Source: Octopus sinensis (Eukaryota). From it: DNA of 64,000 bases. Position 1 is the first letter of the stretch. The number at the start of each line of letters is the position of its first letter. Of the stretch, positions 1 through 12,856 are shown in pieces. Below the pieces are notes generated by a model. The model saw only the letters and a program-made list of their open reading frames with translations, searched no databases and was not told the origin of the DNA. The stretch lies in the NCBI RefSeq assembly GCF_006345805.1, contig NC_043011.1, positions 50,542,464 to 50,606,463 on the forward strand. The letters are read 5' to 3'. Position numbers and translations under genes: made by a program.

Positions 1-150
1 CAATTTTAACGAATAATTTTACAAGTAGTTCGGTATGTAAAATGAATCATTATCGGTAAATTTATCAAAACCTAATTATGAGCATAATTATAATTAGGGT
101 TCTGCAAAATTTGTTTCACCACATAACAAAATGTAGGCTTACAATTATAT

Positions 151-240
<90 letters not shown>

Positions 241-439
241 GGAGAGAGAGAGAGAAGGGGGAGGAGAAAAGAGAGAGAGAGAGAAACCAATACATAAATA
301 CATGCCTATCACTGTTTGAGTTGCATAATAGTGGTTTTATCTCTAACTTATATTTTATATATTTATACTGTGAAATATGATTTAATACTAAGTTGAATTT
401 TTCGCTGTAAGTCTGGAGTTATACTCCCTAATAACATTA

Positions 440-473
<34 letters not shown>

Positions 474-1012
474 GCATACATACATACATACATATTTATA
501 TATGTAGATATAGATAGATTCATACATACATATATGCATATATATGTGTGTGTGCGTGTGAATTCACATACACATACGTATAGTTGTAATTTGAACATAT
601 GCAATTCATGTGTCTGTGTGTGGGGGTGAGAGTGTGTGTGGGGGTGAGTTTATGTGTGTTTGTGTGTGAGGGGGTGAGAGTGTGTGTTGGGGTGAGTGTA
701 TGTGTGTTTGTGTGTGTTGTGTGTGTGTGTGGTGTGTGTGTGTGTGGTGTGTGTTTGTGTGTGTTTGTGTGTGTTTATCTCTCATCTATTTTTCTGTATA
801 TTACTGAGGGATTTTGACGTCCAAATACTCGACCGGAATTATACTGAAATATATTCCTCGCTCCCACATATCTACAAATTCGAACATGAAACAACCATGT
901 GTATACTCTGTATGATATGAATGCGCAACAGGCAGAAACGACGGTGTTGTTACAAAAATTTAATATCGCAACAATCATTTGAGATTTTTAAAGGAAATTT
1001 CATATCTTTTAG

Positions 1013-1109
1013 GTGTCAGGGCTTATTTTAGAGAGATATGCACTAAAGAGGCAAGACGTTTCTGTCCATCTACCTTTGTACAAGTTACCAGAAGGGATTT
1101 ATTTTGCCG
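1013..1109 (+). CDS. Gene A exon 2 (97 nt, phase 1/2) of a secreted, GPI-type 6-Cys protein: (C)VRAYFREICTKEARRFCPSTFVQVTRRDLFC(R)
   Basis: Acceptor tttcatatcttttag|, donor |gtatgt, open frame, phase-compatible with neighbouring exons, same length and frame in copy B. Confidence 0.88.
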
Positions 1110-1135
1110 GTATGTATGTATGTATGTATGTATGT

Positions 1136-1214
<79 letters not shown>

Positions 1215-2400
1215 TGTTTCTTTATTAGCCACACAGGGCTGCACACAGACAGGACAAATTACAAGGTAGAGCTTTTCTTTTAAGGGTAAAAAAAGAGGGT
1301 TTGGTTTTCGATCAGAAGGGATCGGAAAGGGAAAGAAAGATGACAAAAAAAGGGGGGAATAAATTTTTTTAAAGGGGGGGAGAGGAAACAAAAATTGATC
1401 AATAGGGTCCGTTATCACAGAAATGTCAATATGAAGTGCAAAGGGGAGGACAGGTGAGGTTTACCTGTGGAAAGAAAAGCCTACGGAAAAGACCACGGTA
1501 ACCTCGGTCAATGAAGTCACATGTTATATTTCTTTTTTTTTTGCAGATAAGCAACTCTCTGTATTAATTTTTACGGTTCATAGAATCATAGGCTCAAGGA
1601 GGCTTCGTCATTCATACGTGCCATCCTTGCTACATTCACCCATCTTTTTTTAAAGCATTCACTAGACAAAACTTGCCTCTCTACTCTCACTTTCCACTTC
1701 AAGTGATACTTGAAGAAGTTGATGAGAGATTGACCAGAGAGGAAAGTGTTTGTCTCTATTCCTTTCAGGCGCGTCCACCAGATACATTCTTTCGCCATAG
1801 CCACAAGTATGATAAAAATAGCTCTTCCTTTCCGTTTGAAGGAAGGGGACGTGACGATATTAACGATAGACTCGGCTGATAAACCGACACGTCCCACACG
1901 TGACAGCAGTCGTTCGACATAAGCCCACAGGTCGGAAATTGCTGGACACTGCACGATTGCGTGCAGAGCGGTTTCGTCGCTCTGCCCGCATCTCGGGCAG
2001 GTCGTCCCCGTGTTTCTCGAGCCATGCCTATAGAGCTTATCCCGAACGGGTAGCGCTTCTCGGTAGCACTGCCAGGCCAGGGATCTCTGGAAGTTGTCCA
2101 AAGGTCCCGGCCCGAAAGTCGTTTCAAACAGGCGGGTCAGGTATTCCTCGTCGACGCCCAGGTTTGCCCCAAGATCGTCGTCGTACCTCCCCTCCACTAA
2201 TCCCCTATAGAATGCTTTGGTTGTGTTGAAGTCACTCAAGGTCGACCCGGGACGGCAGAGTTGCTTGAGAGCAACGCGACACTCGCGGTGCCATTCGCCC
2301 TTCCTCGACCTCTTTTTGATCCACGACTGCAGTTCGGTCATGGAGACGAGCTGCGGGAACGCGTGCCTCACAAACGGCGACCACACCTGTTCACCGTCGT
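1215..2400 (-). mobile_element. 5'-truncated Tx1/L1-clade non-LTR retrotransposon (ORF2 C-terminus with zf-RVT CCHC, plus 3'UTR) inside (GATA)n in gene A intron 2
   Basis: Uninterrupted frame with LAWQCYREALPVRDKL and CPRCGQSDETALHAIVQC; AATAAA just before the (ATCT)n flank; absent from the paralogous site near 10900-10985. Confidence 0.9.
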
Positions 2401-2411
2401 GACAGACAGAC

Positions 2412-2517
<106 letters not shown>

Positions 2518-3152
2518 TCTTATTGTTGCTATATGTGTTATATTTCATATGTATGCAATACTATATTGACAAATATTTGTTTTTATAAAAGCGTTTTCGT
2601 TATTAAAATGCTAGATGTATCTAGATGGATCCAAGTCGATGAAAGCAAGTATATGCATTATTTATATATTATGATGTCTTTTTGTACGACGAAATATAGA
2701 CGCAAATTTTGTCCAGTATTGATTGAAGAAATGATATCTCCGTTACCAATTCTCTCATTCTCTCCGCCGAGATATTAGCGGTTTACTGATATATATATAT
2801 ATTTCTGTCAACTAATTAGACAAAAGACAATACAAATTGTGCTAGGCAACACTCAGTTGCATATAAATAATTAGACAATTATTTTGGACAATTTTGTATT
2901 CAATTTTGTATAATTTTTCTATCGATGTTTAAAGATCTCCCACAGTTAGGTTAAATTTTCTATCTAGTTGTAGAACTATGAATTTGTTAAGTAATTTTGT
3001 TTTTAAAACTGAGTATTAACTTTGGTTTAATCTTCTTATAATTGGGAGTCATTTGGAAGGCGAGTTTGAGTCCAGAATAGAGTTTATTTAAAAATATAAG
3101 CAATACAAGACTACCTGAATATGTAATTTTCATTCATATTTTTACCTTCCAG

Positions 3153-3249
3153 TACTTTCAAGGATTTTGATAATTGTTACTCGAAACATGTACCATATAG
3201 GACAAGTTGTTCAATGCAACTCAGAAAGGACTATGATATTAAGTGTAAG
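3153..3249 (+). CDS. Gene A exon 3 (97 nt, phase 2/0): TFKDFDNCYSKHVPYRTSCSMQLRKDYDIKCK
   Basis: Acceptor tttttaccttccag|, donor aag|gtaaat, open frame conserved in copy B. Confidence 0.88.
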
Positions 3250-3878
3250 GTAAATAGTTTTCATTAAAAGTTATTTGTCTACAACAATGAGCGAGTGAGA
3301 TGCTTACGGTTTAAAAAGAATTGTTCTATTGTAAGAATATAAGACATCATTGAAATATGACATTTCTAAATATTTCAGAGAGATATGAGCAGCAGTGGTA
3401 CGATAGAGTAGTTGTATACTGTCAACTTAATGTGACAGTCCCTTTTATTTAGCCCTAGGAAGCATCAACGCTTCCTGTCGGCCTTGACACATTTCCTGTG
3501 TCCTTATGTTTACAAGGAGGAGACAAGCACACCCAATCTAAAAACAAAATAATTATTTTGCCTAAAAACACCTTTCAAGGAACAATCGATCAATGAAAGA
3601 GAGAACATGTTATTTAGTTACATTTTTATTTTCTTTCAATTGGATACTAAATAATGTGGCTTAAGACTTAACGCGATGACATAAACGTATCGAATAGCCA
3701 TGGCTGCAATATTTTTTAATAGTCTCTAACAATCTATTATGTCTTACTTGCGAGATTTTTAATCGATCATAGTGCTATGGCAGCTATATTCAGTAGAGAA
3801 CTATAAATTTCACATGTGTATATGTCTGTATATGTCTGTAATAGCAAGTATTCACGATAATTTATCATTTTCTTTCAG

Positions 3879-3902
3879 GGTGGCTCTGGCAACACATTTG
3901 GT
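3879..3902 (+). CDS. Gene A micro-exon 4 (24 nt, phase 0/0): GGSGNTFG
   Basis: Acceptor ttatcattttctttcag|, donor |gtaagc, identical in copy B. Confidence 0.82.
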
Positions 3903-4804
3903 GTAAGCAAAACATTTCTACTACCGCTGAATATTCAGTATATGACTACAACTGCATCAATTTGAAGGATTGACTTTTTTTAATTTATTATAATACGGTT
4001 GAAACATTTCTTTAATGCAAACAGCTGTCTTTTTGCTATTAGTGATCTAGTGTGGTAAACATTTTTTCAATATGGCTTCAAAAACAGAAACATAAACATA
4101 AACAGATTGTTTTTTATATAGTATTATAGAGTGTAATTTCCCTATTATTTAATTGCAAAAGATCAAAGGAAAATATTGAAAAGTCAAATTTTTAACGTCC
4201 TAACTGGAATAGGAGTGTTCATAGTAATATAAAAAAACATGCGCCATATATGTAATACATATTCCGTGTCTGTTCTAAGGGAAGTTGTAGAAAATTGAAT
4301 TATGAAACCGCATAGTTACAATAACATTATGGATAGTGTAACTTATGTTATACACGGAATATCGCGTTTTGCATAAGAATAACAGTTAAAGGAATGATGT
4401 GCTACATTTATAATACGGATACGCTAGAGTTATTCCTTGCAGTAATATTTTGAATGTATTTTAGTAAAATATGATTGACTTTAATAAGAAATATGATATA
4501 ATTGTGATGGCATTACATAGCCATCTCAAATAAAATTCTATCGAATAAATTTTCAATGACGATGCTGTTTATTACGAGAAAGCACTCGGAAGGAAAATTT
4601 TGAAGAATAGCATTATGTACATTCCTCCGAATGAACAAGGATACCATAGCAGCAGGTCCGGTAATTCCCATAGCAGGAGAAATAGCTTTAGGACAGCATT
4701 ACTCTGCTATGAATCTATCAACCATTCTACTAAACCTAGGCCTACGTCATATTTTAAAAGAATCTCTAAGCATGCCTTATATGCTAAAATATGTAACATA
4801 CACG

Positions 4805-5090
4805 AGGGTTCCAGTTGATCCGACCAACGAAAAAGCTTGCTTGTGAACTTAACATGCAAGACGCAAAGCACTTCACAATCACTTTTACCCTTAATGTAGT
4901 TGTAAGGGAGATTCAGCGTGACACAGGATGTGTTGAAGCTGGTCCCTTGAAGTACAGATACTACTCATTTTTGCTAGCCGGGTGGACCTGTGCAATGTAA
5001 AATTAGGTTTCTTGCTCAAGAACACAAAGCGTCCCTGTGAATTTAACTTACATTCGGGAGCCGAATACCCTAACCAAAAGCCTCGCGCCT
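4805..5090 (-). mobile_element. Diverged tRNA-derived SINE
   Basis: Similar to the SINEs at 19116-19496 and 35308-35635 (gagattcagcgtgacacag, cttgctcaagaacacaa). Confidence 0.7.
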
Positions 5091-5298
5091 TTACACCTTA
5101 ATATATCCTCACAAATAACATAAAATTATATGTGGGCCTTACTAATATATTTTATGCTCACAGCACCGTAAAAAAACATAGGCCAATTGTATACTAATGG
5201 AAATGCAAATAGTAGCAGACTAAACTAGCTTACCTAGATCACTATAAATGTTTGTCGATATAAAACTTTGAATAACCAAACTTTTCTGTCATTTACAG

Positions 5299-5358
5299 GT
5301 TAGGAGCCAGTCACTATTCGCAACTGCTGTTATAAATCAATTACTCGCATATATATAA
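5299..5358 (+). CDS. Gene A terminal coding exon 5: VRSQSLFATAVINQLLAYI* (hydrophobic GPI-signal-like tail)
   Basis: Acceptor cttttctgtcatttacag|, phase 0, TAA stop; AATAAA at 5662 and 5820. Confidence 0.82.
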   Translation, partial: VRSQSLFATAVINQLLAYI

Positions 5359-6141
5359 GTATATATTATGTCACTACAAGTATGTCTGAGTATTATTTTG
5401 AAGACGTATTTTAATGAGATGAGTTATAGAAGGGAATTCTTAATATTGCAAGAGATCAGCTCTACTACACACATATCTACAACTCTATCTGTGACATTGA
5501 AGATAATTTCTAATGTTCTACACTGTATGCTGTAAATTTTGATTAAAATAACTATAAGACTTCATCGATTTTTACTATGATAACTCGTGTTATTTTCATA
5601 TCGGTTTAAACGTAACATTCGAAATATTCACACCCGGACAACAATGGTGCCACACCAGCAGAATAAATAGCATTAAGAGAAGGATAAATTGTTGTACGAT
5701 TAATTTTAAGCCACATATTCTACATTAAACAAAAAGTAACATTATCGTAACGTAAACTAGAATCTGACAGACACAGTACAATAACTAGACCTATACGACA
5801 TATTATAGACCCATACCTAAATAAAGCTCACATGACTGAAACAAGTAAAAGAGTAAAAGAGTAAAGAGTATATAATATATATATATATTTATATATAGGT
5901 TAAGTAATTGAGATTCTAGTGAATTCTAAAGAATTCACATGAATATGGTCCTTAACTAGGATGCACCGGAAATCTATATGGTGTTAACCATACGACAAGT
6001 GGGGTGATTACAAATAGGAAAAAAGCAACAAGAATGGATTAAAATCTCGGTACGATTTTTTGTAGCTTATTAAAGATGTCCTCGTACAAAACGATCGTAC
6101 CGAGATTTTAATCCATTCTTGTTGCTTTTTTCCTATATATT

Positions 6142-6213
<72 letters not shown>

Positions 6214-6290
6214 AATATATCTATTTATATATATATATGTACGTATGTATATATATACATATGTGAGTGTGTGCCTGTATGTATGAATAT

Positions 6291-6322
<32 letters not shown>

Positions 6323-6582
6323 CAAACACACGCACGCACACATACACACACATATGGTTCTCAGATGAGGTCCTGATAACCTCCGTATAGAAGACATTTA
6401 GTAGTGCTCAAAAGATTGAAGTTTAATCGCCGATGTTCTTCACGGGGGATTGTTACGAAAGGTGAAGAAAAGCTATGATGGATTATCTTGAGGAGGTATA
6501 GAAGCAATTACGCGGATAAACAAACAAGACGCTTCAATTATATCAAAGAAAATAATTAGATCAAATACAAAATATGTATATA

Positions 6583-7413
6583 CAGGGGTTGGACAGAATA
6601 AGGGAAACACCAAGCATCACAGCATCATAATTTTGAATTATCTATAAACCGTCAAAAGCTTGTTTTTTGGTTTATTATTAGAGTTGCTAAATATGTTTTG
6701 CTAAAATTGCTATTTCGTTTCATATATCATCAGAAAAAGGTAATTAAAATTCATTAAAATGACGGATCTATCGGACTTTCCAAGAGGTCAAATTGTTGGT
6801 GCTCGTATGACAGGCGCTAGCGTAACGAAAACAGCCGAAATGTTTGGTGTATCAAGAAGTACTGTTTTGAGAGTAATGACAGCCTTTCAGAAAGACTGTC
6901 ATTGAAACAAAACTCCGGAAGAAAACCAAAACATTCAGATAGGGACCGTCGGACTCTTACGCGAAATGTTAGAAAGGTTCAAAAACGTGCAGTTCCCAAA
7001 ATTACTGCAGAGCTTAATGACCACCTCAGGAGCCCAGTTTCTACAAAAACCGTTCGCCTGGAGCTGAACAAAACCGGACTTCACGGGAGGGATGCAATCA
7101 GAAAACCATTACTTTCAAAAAACAAACTTTGCAAAGCGTTAAGAGTGGAGTAAAAACATATAGAATTGGTCCCTAGAGCAGTGGAAGAATGTTATTTTCT
7201 CAGATGAGTCCTCCTTTACCTTATTTCCGACCACCGACCAAGTATACGTGTGGAGACAGCCAAAAGAAGCATTTGACTCAGACTGCCTTCTTCCAACTGC
7301 TAAACATGGAGGAGGATCTGTGATGATTTGATGGGCTATATCTTGGAAATCTGCCGGGCCAATGGTTTCCCTTCATGGCAGAATTAATAGTGAAGGCTAT
7401 TTAAGCATTTTAT
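6583..7413 (+). mobile_element. Tc1-family DNA transposon, 3'-truncated and degenerate
   Basis: TA + TIR caggggttggacagaataagggaaacacc; ATG 6759 MTDLSDFPRGQIVGARMTGASVTKTAEMFGVSRSTV; HTH region and WKNVIFSDES motif with frameshifts. Confidence 0.9.
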
Positions 7414-7861
7414 GACCTTAGTCATAAATAGGTGTAGAATAAGGTCCATAATGCATTAACTAATTCGATCCAAGTCTGATTTAGTGGGCCAGAACAGTCT
7501 GTAAGAAGGCTTAGTGGAGATGTTGGGTTTGTGGTCTTTCATGCTAATAATGCATTAACTAAATAAGGTTGAAGTAAGTTTTCACGGGAAAGGAGTCAAG
7601 ATTTCCCGTTTTGTCCGCACGAAGTTTTGTCAGTGAACAGGTCGCGGTTTCAAAGTGACTATATTTTGACACTAATTAAATTTAAATGTTAAAGTGAATC
7701 TAACGGTTGTTTCTGTGTGTGTGAGTGTATGTGTGTGTGTGTGCGTGTGTGTTCTTAAATTGCATATAAACATCTTCCATGCAGCAATAGTTCTTGTTTC
7801 AGCACACGATCTCAGATCAAGTCATTTGCCATGCAAATACATCTCCGTAATATATATATAT

Positions 7862-8045
7862 AGGGAGAATTCACAAAAGAACAAAAAACGAAGACAGGTT
7901 GTGTAGAAAACAAGCAGATGTATTAGTATAACGCTCGGAAAGGGAAAAAGACTTTAACATTTCGAGCCTACGCTCTTCCACAGAAAGGAACTCAGAAAGA
8001 AACAAGAAGAGAAAATAAAGAATGTGTGGTGGTTTGCGATCTATC
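7862..8045 (-). mobile_element. Penelope-like pLTR fragment with a degenerate minimal hammerhead
   Basis: Minus strand cttt-CTGTGGA-a-gagc(gtag)gctc-GAAA-tgtt-aaag at 7952-7987. Confidence 0.5.
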
Positions 8046-8205
8046 ATGGCGGCTCTGACGAAAGTAGCATTAATTTTTGGGGGTCGTTCAATTTTTGTCA
8101 GCTGATCAATTGACCAACTGTGTAAAGCTATTAGTAACGTACCTGTAATGGCTTGTATAAACAGTTGTAAGCTAAAGTAACTTTAATTAATACATGAAGA
8201 TGTAT

Positions 8206-8252
8206 TATAATAGCACGTCATAGATCAAATTTCCATGCCTTTGTCATCAGTT
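8206..8252 (+). promoter_or_regulatory. Candidate core promoter of gene B (TATAA plus Inr-like TCAGTT)
   Basis: TATAA 8206-8210 and TCAGTT 8247-8252, about 90 nt before the ATG; spacing is somewhat longer than canonical. Confidence 0.3.
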
Positions 8253-8341
8253 GAAACACATGTTACACCATAATAAAATTACAAGTGAAATCGCTACGTG
8301 TAAGTCGACATAACATAAGGTTTTCATCACGAAATTAGACA

Positions 8342-8378
8342 ATGAAATATTTTATCCTTATTTTCCTTGTCGTTTCTT
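8342..8378 (+). CDS. Gene B exon 1 (37 nt, phase 1): signal peptide MKYFILIFLVVS(C)
   Basis: ATG, basic residue, hydrophobic core, consensus donor t|gtaagt; joins exon 2 in frame (T+GT=Cys) giving a VRA cleavage motif after residue 16. Confidence 0.85.
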
Positions 8379-8576
8379 GTAAGTAGCAATATGGTAATTA
8401 TTTCTGAATTAGCATTACTATTTGTGCGCAGAATATAGATATAAGTGATGTAATAATATCATTATTTTGCCTTTTTCTTCCTCATTCTCTGTCTCTTCAT
8501 ACCTATACACATACAAACATATGGATACATATATATATAAATGAATGCATGTACGTGCGTGAGTGTATGTATCTGT

Positions 8577-8670
<94 letters not shown>

Positions 8671-8715
8671 TGTATATATATACTGACTCATACATATGCA
8701 TGTATTTATATACTA

Positions 8716-9120
8716 TTAGGTTGTCAAGAAAGTTCTTGCGGTTTTTAACCTTTATATTCAGATGCATATTATATCGATTCAAACAAAACTTTATTAATCG
8801 AAATAAACACCATCAGAATCAACACACTTTTGCCATGTTTATTTATGCCAGTAGCGTAAAAGTCCTGCGTTCTGGTGGTGATGAAGTCGTTGAAAGCGTG
8901 TTTGGTATCGTCTTGATGTTTGAAGCATTTCTCACGCAGGAAGTTGTCGAGAAGCTTGAAAAAGTAGTAGTCAGTAGGTGAGAGTTCTGGTGAGTATGGC
9001 GGATGAGGCAGAGTTTCGTAGCCCAATTCATTCAACTTCTGCAGGGTCAGTTGTGAGATATGCGGCCGAGCGTGGTCGTGGAGAAGAATTTGACGACTCC
9101 CCTAGAATGGACGAAAACGC
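8716..9120 (-). mobile_element. Mariner (DD34D) transposase 3' fragment in gene B intron 1
   Basis: LPHPPYSPELSPTDYYFF motif; TA + TIR ttaggttgtcaagaaagttcttgcggttt. Confidence 0.9.
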
Positions 9121-9223
9121 TGATATACGATATATGATATATGATATATAAAAACATGTAACATACAAATAAATATCTGTAAATATAAAACCATCCGAAT
9201 TTCTGAGTACCTCATTTCTTCTA

Positions 9224-9258
<35 letters not shown>

Positions 9259-9259
9259 C

Positions 9260-9327
<68 letters not shown>

Positions 9328-9667
9328 GCACGCACACACCCATATATGTATATACACATATACATATTTGTGTGTGTGTGTGTGTGTATTATTATAAACA
9401 CAGTATACACATTTGTGCACTTTTAATAGTTTCATGCGATGAAAACACGCGTTACAAAATGCAATGTAAGTTGTGGTCATCGCATGAAATAGTTACTAGC
9501 GCATGCGAGTATATAGAGCGTACATTAAATAATACTCACTTCTTGCAGATGTAGTGCATGCTGTTGAACTTACTATCTCGGAACAGTACACTATATATAT
9601 ACACACATGTATGTTTATATATACATATTTGTGTGTACATATAAATATATAAATATATATATATATT

Positions 9668-9678
9668 ATAATAATAAC

Positions 9679-9776
<98 letters not shown>

Positions 9777-9784
9777 TAATAATG

Positions 9785-9819
<35 letters not shown>

Positions 9820-9826
9820 TAATAAT

Positions 9827-9867
<41 letters not shown>

Positions 9868-9881
9868 TAATAATAATAATG

Positions 9882-9923
<42 letters not shown>

Positions 9924-9995
9924 GTATAATGATAATAATAATAATAATAATAATAGTAGTAGTAGTAGTATAGTAGTAGTAGTAGTAGTATAGTA

Positions 9996-10058
<63 letters not shown>

Positions 10059-10072
10059 TAATAATAATAATA
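9668..10072. repeat. (AAT)n/(GATAAT)n/(AGT)n compound microsatellite
   Basis: Direct reading. Confidence 0.95.
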
Positions 10073-10235
10073 AAGGTAAAATTAATTAATCAATTAATTA
10101 TGAATAATTTTACCAAGTAGTTCGGTATGTTAAATGAACCATTATCGGTAAATTTATACAAAACTTCTATAATTATGAGCATAATTATAATTAGGGTTCA
10201 GCAAAATTTGCTTCCCCGAAATTATATATATATAC

Positions 10236-10297
<62 letters not shown>

Positions 10298-10437
10298 GAG
10301 AGAGAGAGAGACATAAACCAATACATAATAACATGCCTATCACTGTTTGAGTTGCATAATAGTGGTTTTATCTCTAATTTATATTTTAGATATTTATATT
10401 GAATTTTTCCCTGTAAGTCTGAAGCTATACGCCCTAA

Positions 10438-10491
<54 letters not shown>

Positions 10492-10801
10492 TACATACAT
10501 ACATATTTATATATATAGATATAGATAGATGCATGCATACATATATGCATATATATGTGTGTGTGCGTGTGAATTCACATACACATACGTATAGTTGTAA
10601 TTTGAATATATGCAATTCATGTGTCTGTGTGTGTTATATTATACTGAAATATATTCCTCGCTCCCACATTTCTACAAAATGAACCATGTGTATACTCTGT
10701 ATGATATGAATGATCGACAGGCAGAAACGACGGTGTTGTTACAAAAATTTGATTTCGCAACAATCATTTGAGAATTTTAAAGGAAACTTCATATCTTTTA
10801 G

Positions 10802-10898
10802 GTGTCAGGGCTTATTTTAGAGAGCAATGCACTAAAGAGGCAAGAAGTATCTGTCCATCTACCTTTGTACATGATGCCGGATGGGATTTATTTTGCAG
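10802..10898 (+). CDS. Gene B exon 2 (97 nt): (C)VRAYFREQCTKEARSICPSTFVHDAGWDLFC(S)
   Basis: Acceptor ttcatatcttttag|, donor cag|gtatgt, open frame. Confidence 0.88.
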
Positions 10899-11609
10899 GT
10901 ATGTATGTATGTATGTAAGTATGTATGTATAGATGGCTGGATGGATGGATGTATAGATGGATGGATGGATTGATGGATGGATAGTCTTATTGTTGCTATA
11001 TGTGTTATATTTCATATGTATGCAATACTATATTGACAAATATTTGTTTTTATAAAAGCGTTTTCGTTATTAAAATGTTAGATGTATTGAGATGGATCCA
11101 AGTCGATGAAAGCAAGTATATGCTTTATTTATGTATTATGATGTCTTTTTGTACGATGAAATATAGACGCACATTTTGTCCTTGAACAAATGATATCTCC
11201 GTTACCAATGTTCTCATGCTCTTGGCCGAGATTTTAGCGGTTTACTGATATATATATAATTCTGTCAACTAATTAGACAAAAGACAATACAAATTGTGCT
11301 AGGCAACACTCAGTTACATATAAATAAATAGACAATTATTTTGGACAATTTCGTATTCAATTTTGTATAATTTTTCTATAGATGTTTAAAGATCTCCGAC
11401 AGTTAGGTTAAATTTTCTATCTAGTTGTAGAACTATGAATTTGTTAAGTAATTTTGTTTTTAAAACTGAGTATTAACTTTGGTTTAATCTTCTTATAATT
11501 GGGAGTCATTTGGAAGGCGAGTTTGAGTCCAGAATAGAGTTGATTTAAAAATATAAGCAATACATGACTACCTGAATATGTAATTTTCATTCATATTTTT
11601 ACCTTCCAG

Positions 11610-11706
11610 TACTTTCATGGATTTTGATAATTGTTACTTGAAACATATAAAATATACCACAGGTTGTTCAATGCATTTCAGAATGGACTATATGTTTAAG
11701 TGTAAG
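11610..11706 (+). CDS. Gene B exon 3 (97 nt): TFMDFDNCYLKHIKYTTGCSMHFRMDYMFKCK
   Basis: Acceptor tttttaccttccag|, donor aag|gtaaat, open frame. Confidence 0.88.
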
Positions 11707-12307
11707 GTAAATAGTTTTCATTAAAAGTTATTTGTCTACAACAATGAGCGAGTGAGATGCTTACGGTTTAAAAAGAATTGTTCTATTGTTAGGATATAAA
11801 ACATCATTGAAATATTACATTTCTAAATATCTCAGAGAGATATAAGGAGCAGTGGTACGATAGAGTAGTTGTATACTGTCAACTTAATGTGACAGTCCCA
11901 TTTATTTAGCCCTAGGAAGCAGCAACGCTTCCTGTCGGCCTTGACACATTTCCTGTGTCCTTATGTTTACAAGGAGGAGACAAGCACACCCAATCTAAAA
12001 ACAAAATAATTATTTTGCCTAAAAACACCTTTCAAGGAACAATCGATCAATGAAAGAGAGAACATGTTATTTAGTTACATTTTTATTTTCTTTCAATTGG
12101 ATACTAAATAATGTGGCTTAAGACTTAACGCGATGACATAAACGTATCGAATAGCCATGGCTGCAATTTTTTTTTTAAAGTCTCTGACAATCTATTATGT
12201 CTTACTTGCAAGATTTTTAATCGATCATAGTGCTATGGCAGCTATATTCAGTAGAGAACTATAAATTTCACATGTGTATATGTCTGTATATGTCTGTAAT
12301 AGCAAGT

Positions 12308-12856
12308 TGTAAGAGTTAGCACTTCCTTCTCTAAGCTTGGATTCGAAATTGAATCCAAGAATCATCGGTCGTCAAAAACCAATGCATGTATAGGCGCGAA
12401 ATTTAAGGATCCCTTTGTTCTGTCAAAATGTGATTGATCATCTCCCTTTGACCTGCGACCTCAGCCATGTCAGGCGAAGTTCAACTGGACAAGCGCTGAC
12501 CTACTTAAGTAGAAACTCTGTTGCAGTATGTCTATGTTTCTAGCTGTTTCAAATATTATAAATACAAGGGAAAAACAGAGAAAGAAACAGAATCGCAGCT
12601 GACACACGAGCAGACAAGATTTATCTCGCCCCGCGTTTTGGAGGCGACAGAGAAATGCCTACAGGCTACTGTTTCGAATGATTCACGCACGCACCCACAT
12701 ACACAAACATATTCATCTTTAATATGTGCTCTATACAAGCAATGCGTAGCATTTGCTTACATTTGTATGTAGTGTATTTATAATCCATGTAAATAAATCC
12801 CTTTTTAATCATGAAACAATTTATGTATTTATTTATACACACACACATCCACTACA
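12308..12856 (+). mobile_element. Solo LTR (549 bp, probably Gypsy-type)
   Basis: TGTA...TACA termini; 4-bp TSD AAGT (12304-12307, 12857-12860); single AAGT at the empty site in copy A (3846-3849); TATA-like near 12554 and AATAAA at 12792. Confidence 0.9.

Noticed and set aside
2533-2778. ORFs 2533..2778, 11000..11185, 10812..11015 and 12811..13062 inside the duplication
   Set aside because: Intronic or antisense; lengths and frames are not conserved between copies, unlike the spliced exons.
8221-8257. Minus-strand CTGATGA...GAAA near the gene B promoter
   Set aside because: Stem II has only 2 bp and there is no room for stem III or the NUH triplet.
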